Source of the DNA: an uncultured virus (IMG/VR IMGVR_UViG_3300046691_000407)
Lineage: Duplodnaviria > Heunggongvirae > Uroviricota > Caudoviricetes
Reading direction: 5' to 3' (one strand)
Virus record (IMG/VR): IMGVR_UViG_3300046691_000407
DNA: 64,000 bases
Every line of letters begins with the position of its first letter. The first letter of the stretch is position 1. Below, one piece after another: positions 60,802 through 64,000 of this stretch. The position numbers and the translations under genes were made by a program. Under the pieces are notes generated by a model, which was given only the letters and a program-made list of their open reading frames with translations, was not told the origin of the DNA and ran no database searches.

Positions 60802-62277
60802 ATGAAGCGAATCCAATCCCTGAACGTAGACATAGAAGCCATGCCGGACGGCGATCTCGCGGTGGACGCGGGCGCCGTCGACAAGGATCTGGTGGCGATC
60901 CAGGGAAGCGACTGGGAGAAGCCCGACGCGAAGCTCGACTTCGAGAACCCCCTCGTGCAGTCGCTGGTGCAGTGGCTCGGCAAGGAGGCCGTTGAAAAGC
61001 TTCGCAACGACAGCTTCCAGGCTCTGAAGCGCAGCATCGCCATGCTTCCCGAACCTGTCGAGAATGCCAGCTTCGTGTGGAACGCGATCGGCGGCCCGGA
61101 CGACATCCTCAAGGTTTCCGAGGCTGTGCTCTCCTACCGCCAGTTCGACGAGGGCGCGCTCATCATCGCCGACGCCATGGGTGCGAACACCGAGTTCCGC
61201 AACGTGATCCGCACGCTCGACCGCGGCGACGACATGCCTCTCAAGGACTTTCTCGCGCTCGAGACGATCACGGTGAACAACATCGACGCCTTCAACACCC
61301 GTCTCGACGGTCTCATTCCGTTCATGAAGGGCATGTTCGGGGAGCGCGAGTTCAGCGTCGGCGCGGCAGTCGTCGCGATTGCCGCGGTGAAGGGCTTCGT
61401 CCGGGGCCTGGCCAAGCTTGAGAGCGGGTTCGAGCTGTCCCAGCCCATCGGAGACGAGCTTCTGGGCCGTCTGGAATACTTCCGCGAGGAGATCGTCAGG
61501 GCGGCGGAGGTGGTGAAGCGGGCCACCAAGGTGAACCCGCTGCGCTTCTCGCTCGGCGTCCTCTCCGGCATCCGGCGATCCCTGGTCCCAGGCGGCGCGG
61601 GTGATTTTCGCTATGCGGTCCGCGCCATCGGCGGAACGATCGAGACCGACGAGGATCTGGTCGCCGCGGCCACGGCTTTCGGCGAATATCTGCGCAGCAC
61701 CGACGAATTCAACGTCCTCGTGACGCAGGCTGGCTTCTCCGCGGAGGAGGCGCCGCAGATCGTCAGCCACCTGATGGCCCGGCGCCATCTCATGACCTCC
61801 GCCCAGACAGTCGGCGTGCCGTGGTCCGAGGTCTCGGCCGAACTGTCCGTCAGCCCGCAGGCCAAGCTCGACGGTCTCCGCGAGCTGATCGGCCATGTTG
61901 CCGACGACGGTCTCACCGGCCGCCTCAAGGCTGTTGCGAAGGGGTATTCCAAGCGCGTGTCGGACGTCCTCGAAGTCGGACGGCACCACGTCACCTCCCG
62001 CCGCTACTGGATGGATGCAGGAGACCGCGTGGCCGAGGTGGATCCGGAGATCTCGATCGGCGATCTGAAGGAGCTTGTCCGCATCGAGCCGCAGATCGGC
62101 AAGGCAAAGGACCTGCTCAAGTCGTGTGGCGCAACCTCGCGCCAGGACATCGACACGCTGGAGCGCCATCTCGAGTGGATGACCTGCGCCTACGCCCTGC
62201 CTGTCGATGACCACGCCTTCGATGCGATCATCTCCTCACGTGCGGAAGTCATCCCGCTGCGTCTCAGCCAGCAGTAA
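60802..62277 (+). CDS. hypothetical protein
   Basis: GAGG RBS before MKRIQ; 491 aa. Confidence 0.7.
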   Translation: MKRIQSLNVDIEAMPDGDLAVDAGAVDKDLVAIQGSDWEKPDAKLDFENPLVQSLVQWLGKEAVEKLRNDSFQALKRSIAMLPEPVENASFVWNAIGGPDDILKVSEAVLSYRQFDEGALIIADAMGANTEFRNVIRTLDRGDDMPLKDFLALETITVNNIDAFNTRLDGLIPFMKGMFGEREFSVGAAVVAIAAVKGFVRGLAKLESGFELSQPIGDELLGRLEYFREEIVRAAEVVKRATKVNPLRFSLGVLSGIRRSLVPGGAGDFRYAVRAIGGTIETDEDLVAAATAFGEYLRSTDEFNVLVTQAGFSAEEAPQIVSHLMARRHLMTSAQTVGVPWSEVSAELSVSPQAKLDGLRELIGHVADDGLTGRLKAVAKGYSKRVSDVLEVGRHHVTSRRYWMDAGDRVAEVDPEISIGDLKELVRIEPQIGKAKDLLKSCGATSRQDIDTLERHLEWMTCAYALPVDDHAFDAIISSRAEVIPLRLSQQ

Positions 62278-62333
62278 TTGTTGACAACGTTCGATTTCAA
62301 TGCTTTCATGGCGCGAATTCTTGGAGACGTGTC

Positions 62334-62588
62334 ATGGAAGCAGAAATCATCGATATCGAATCCATCCGCCTGAAGCGCGCCGAGAAGCGCCGCGTCGAGG
62401 CGGCGGTATTCGGCCGTCTTCCCTGTCCCTGCTGCGACGCGATGACTTTCGCCACGGATGTGGTGGAAGGATACGCGCGCTATTCCTGCGATGGCGGCGG
62501 CACCCACGGGTCGGCCGCCTGGCTGTCGGATGGTCAGGGCACGGTTGCCGACAATCATGGCCGCGTGCGGAAGTTCTTCAGCTACTAG
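62334..62588 (+). CDS. small Cys-containing hypothetical protein
   Basis: GGAGA RBS, TTGACA upstream; CPCC...C...H may bind zinc. Confidence 0.55.
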   Translation: MEAEIIDIESIRLKRAEKRRVEAAVFGRLPCPCCDAMTFATDVVEGYARYSCDGGGTHGSAAWLSDGQGTVADNHGRVRKFFSY

Positions 62589-62612
62589 GTTTTAAGATAC
62601 TGAGGAATACCG

Positions 62613-63056
62613 ATGGCTGACATCACCAAGACGACCTATGGCTTCATGAACCTCCAGACGGGGAAGTTCCTTCGCGTCTCGGTCAACGACGAGCCGTTCG
62701 ACGGCCAGGAGAGCCATGCATGGGCGTGGTTTTCCTTGGATCCCGATGACGATATCTGGGAGACCGACGATGCTGCCGTCATCATCGACATCCTTCATCC
62801 GTGGGCCATTCCCTATCTCAGCGAGGACGCGCTCACGGGCGGCCTCCCGGAGTTCGGACACTGGTTCACGCGCGAGAACCTGAATGCCATGGCTCCAGTC
62901 GCTTTCCAGCGTGTCATGCGGCCTGTGGTCGAGGGAGGAGATGCCATCCCCGTCTCGATGACGGTGTCCGGCATCCATTTCGAGATCGCGCGCGATCCGG
63001 AAAGCGTCTGGCTCGTCTCGCTGGAGACCTCGGAGGCGGTCAAGCTCAACGCCTGA
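62613..63056 (+). CDS. hypothetical protein
   Basis: GAGGA RBS. Confidence 0.62.
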   Translation: MADITKTTYGFMNLQTGKFLRVSVNDEPFDGQESHAWAWFSLDPDDDIWETDDAAVIIDILHPWAIPYLSEDALTGGLPEFGHWFTRENLNAMAPVAFQRVMRPVVEGGDAIPVSMTVSGIHFEIARDPESVWLVSLETSEAVKLNA

Positions 63057-63095
63057 CAGCCGGACAGGTTATCCGGTTGAAAACCTGTCCGGCTG
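63057..63095 (+). terminator. hairpin after 62613..63056
   Basis: CAGCCGGACAGGTT/AACCTGTCCGGCTG 14-bp inverted repeat; no U-tract. Confidence 0.5.
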
Positions 63096-63144
63096 GCTGC
63101 TTGCTGCGCCGGATGAGAGCCTGTCCATAAGACAGGAGCCAGAC

Positions 63145-63780
63145 ATGAGACTTTCCGCAGACGAGCTGTATGAGATACTATTGATATTTCGGGAGCATCT
63201 GCTGCCCTGCTGGGAGAGATATCATGCCGAAGGATCTCAAAACTTCCGGCGTGGTGCGGGCGCCGAAATCCCGGACATCATCTCGAAGGATACCTGCAGG
63301 CATACGTCCGCCTTCCTGTTCAAGCAGCTAAGGAGCCTCGGCGTCGAGGATCTGCGCGCCCGCGGCGGCCACATGAGGCATGCCGAACCCCTTGAAGGCG
63401 ACGCGCTCCATGAAAACGCCCGCCGGGATCCGCGTGACCCAGCGAGGCTGAAGGTAGACGAGGACGGCTTCGCCTGGCAGGGACACTTCTGGATAGAGCA
63501 TAACGGCATGGTCATCGACATCACAAAGGACCAGTTCGGATGGGCCTTCGACGACATACATGACGTGGAGACTGCGGCGGTCATATACCGCTTCGATCCG
63601 GATTTTCAGGCTTCGAAGCGGTTCTCCGCGCTCAAGGCTACTGTCGCGAAGTTCGAGGGACAGGCTCAGACGTTCTGGCAGGACAGCGATCCTCATTTCG
63701 AATGCGTCTGGGCGAGCTACGAGGAGGCCACGCGGCGGGTATCCGAGGTTCTCGGCATCCGCCAGCCGTCCCCGGTATGA
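63145..63780 (+). CDS. transglutaminase/papain-like Cys-His-Asp protein
   Basis: DTCRHTSAFL...GHFWIE...VIDITKDQF; AGGAG RBS. Confidence 0.62.
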   Translation: MRLSADELYEILLIFREHLLPCWERYHAEGSQNFRRGAGAEIPDIISKDTCRHTSAFLFKQLRSLGVEDLRARGGHMRHAEPLEGDALHENARRDPRDPARLKVDEDGFAWQGHFWIEHNGMVIDITKDQFGWAFDDIHDVETAAVIYRFDPDFQASKRFSALKATVAKFEGQAQTFWQDSDPHFECVWASYEEATRRVSEVLGIRQPSPV

Positions 63781-63904
63781 TGCCCGTGTGGTGTTGGCGT
63801 GGGCCTCCCTCTCGTCGGGATTTGATGCGGCGGCACCATTCCTGTATGCCGTGTCTCGTGGGAAGCTCGATCCTCAACGGGAATGGGCAATGGATCGAGT
63901 GGCG

Positions 63905-64000
63905 ATGAAGCTTTCAGCCGAAGAACTCCATGACGTGCTTCTGATCTTCAGGGAGCATCTGCTTCACTGCTGGCGGCGATTCCATGCCGAAACCCCGCAT
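63905..64000 (+). CDS. paralog of 63145..63780 (partial, runs off the window)
   Basis: MKLSAEELHDVLLIFREHLLHCWRRFHAE vs MRLSADELYEILLIFREHLLPCWERYHAE. Confidence 0.75.
   Translation, partial: MKLSAEELHDVLLIFREHLLHCWRRFHAETPH

Overview
GC-rich, gene-dense accessory DNA from an alphaproteobacterial, probably Rhizobiaceae, mobile replicon (megaplasmid or giant phage-like element). The host guess rests on a Rhizobiales-type EF-Tu, GANTC-rich promoters and a CtrA-type box. I found no rRNA, tRNA, CRISPR, replication or virion genes. Most genes are phage/plasmid-type hypotheticals, often in small paralog families. Recognisable cargo: a stand-alone divergent tuf, two ~1800-aa secreted Ig-repeat proteins with variable tips, NadM-NUDIX, a PfkB/adenosine kinase next to an orphan restriction-type nuclease, an intact tnpB-only IS200/IS605-family element plus a truncated tnpB, a membrane GGDEF-EAL protein, a MORC-like GHKL ATPase, and DoxX, MazG-like and BtpA-like genes. 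The best candidate for an undescribed system is at 34-43 kb: four tandem paralogs with an invariant N-terminal FETNSSSSHS motif (plus DHxS and GNDN motifs and variable C-terminal domains), a minimal radical SAM enzyme downstream, and a divergent HigA/degenerate-GGDEF regulator. Also notable are a recurring intergenic AAGGA(T/C)TCG motif, a three-hairpin small RNA candidate, and two apparently inactive ATPases (AAA and DotO/IcmB-like) sharing an N-terminal domain. All family calls are motif recognition by eye, not database results.
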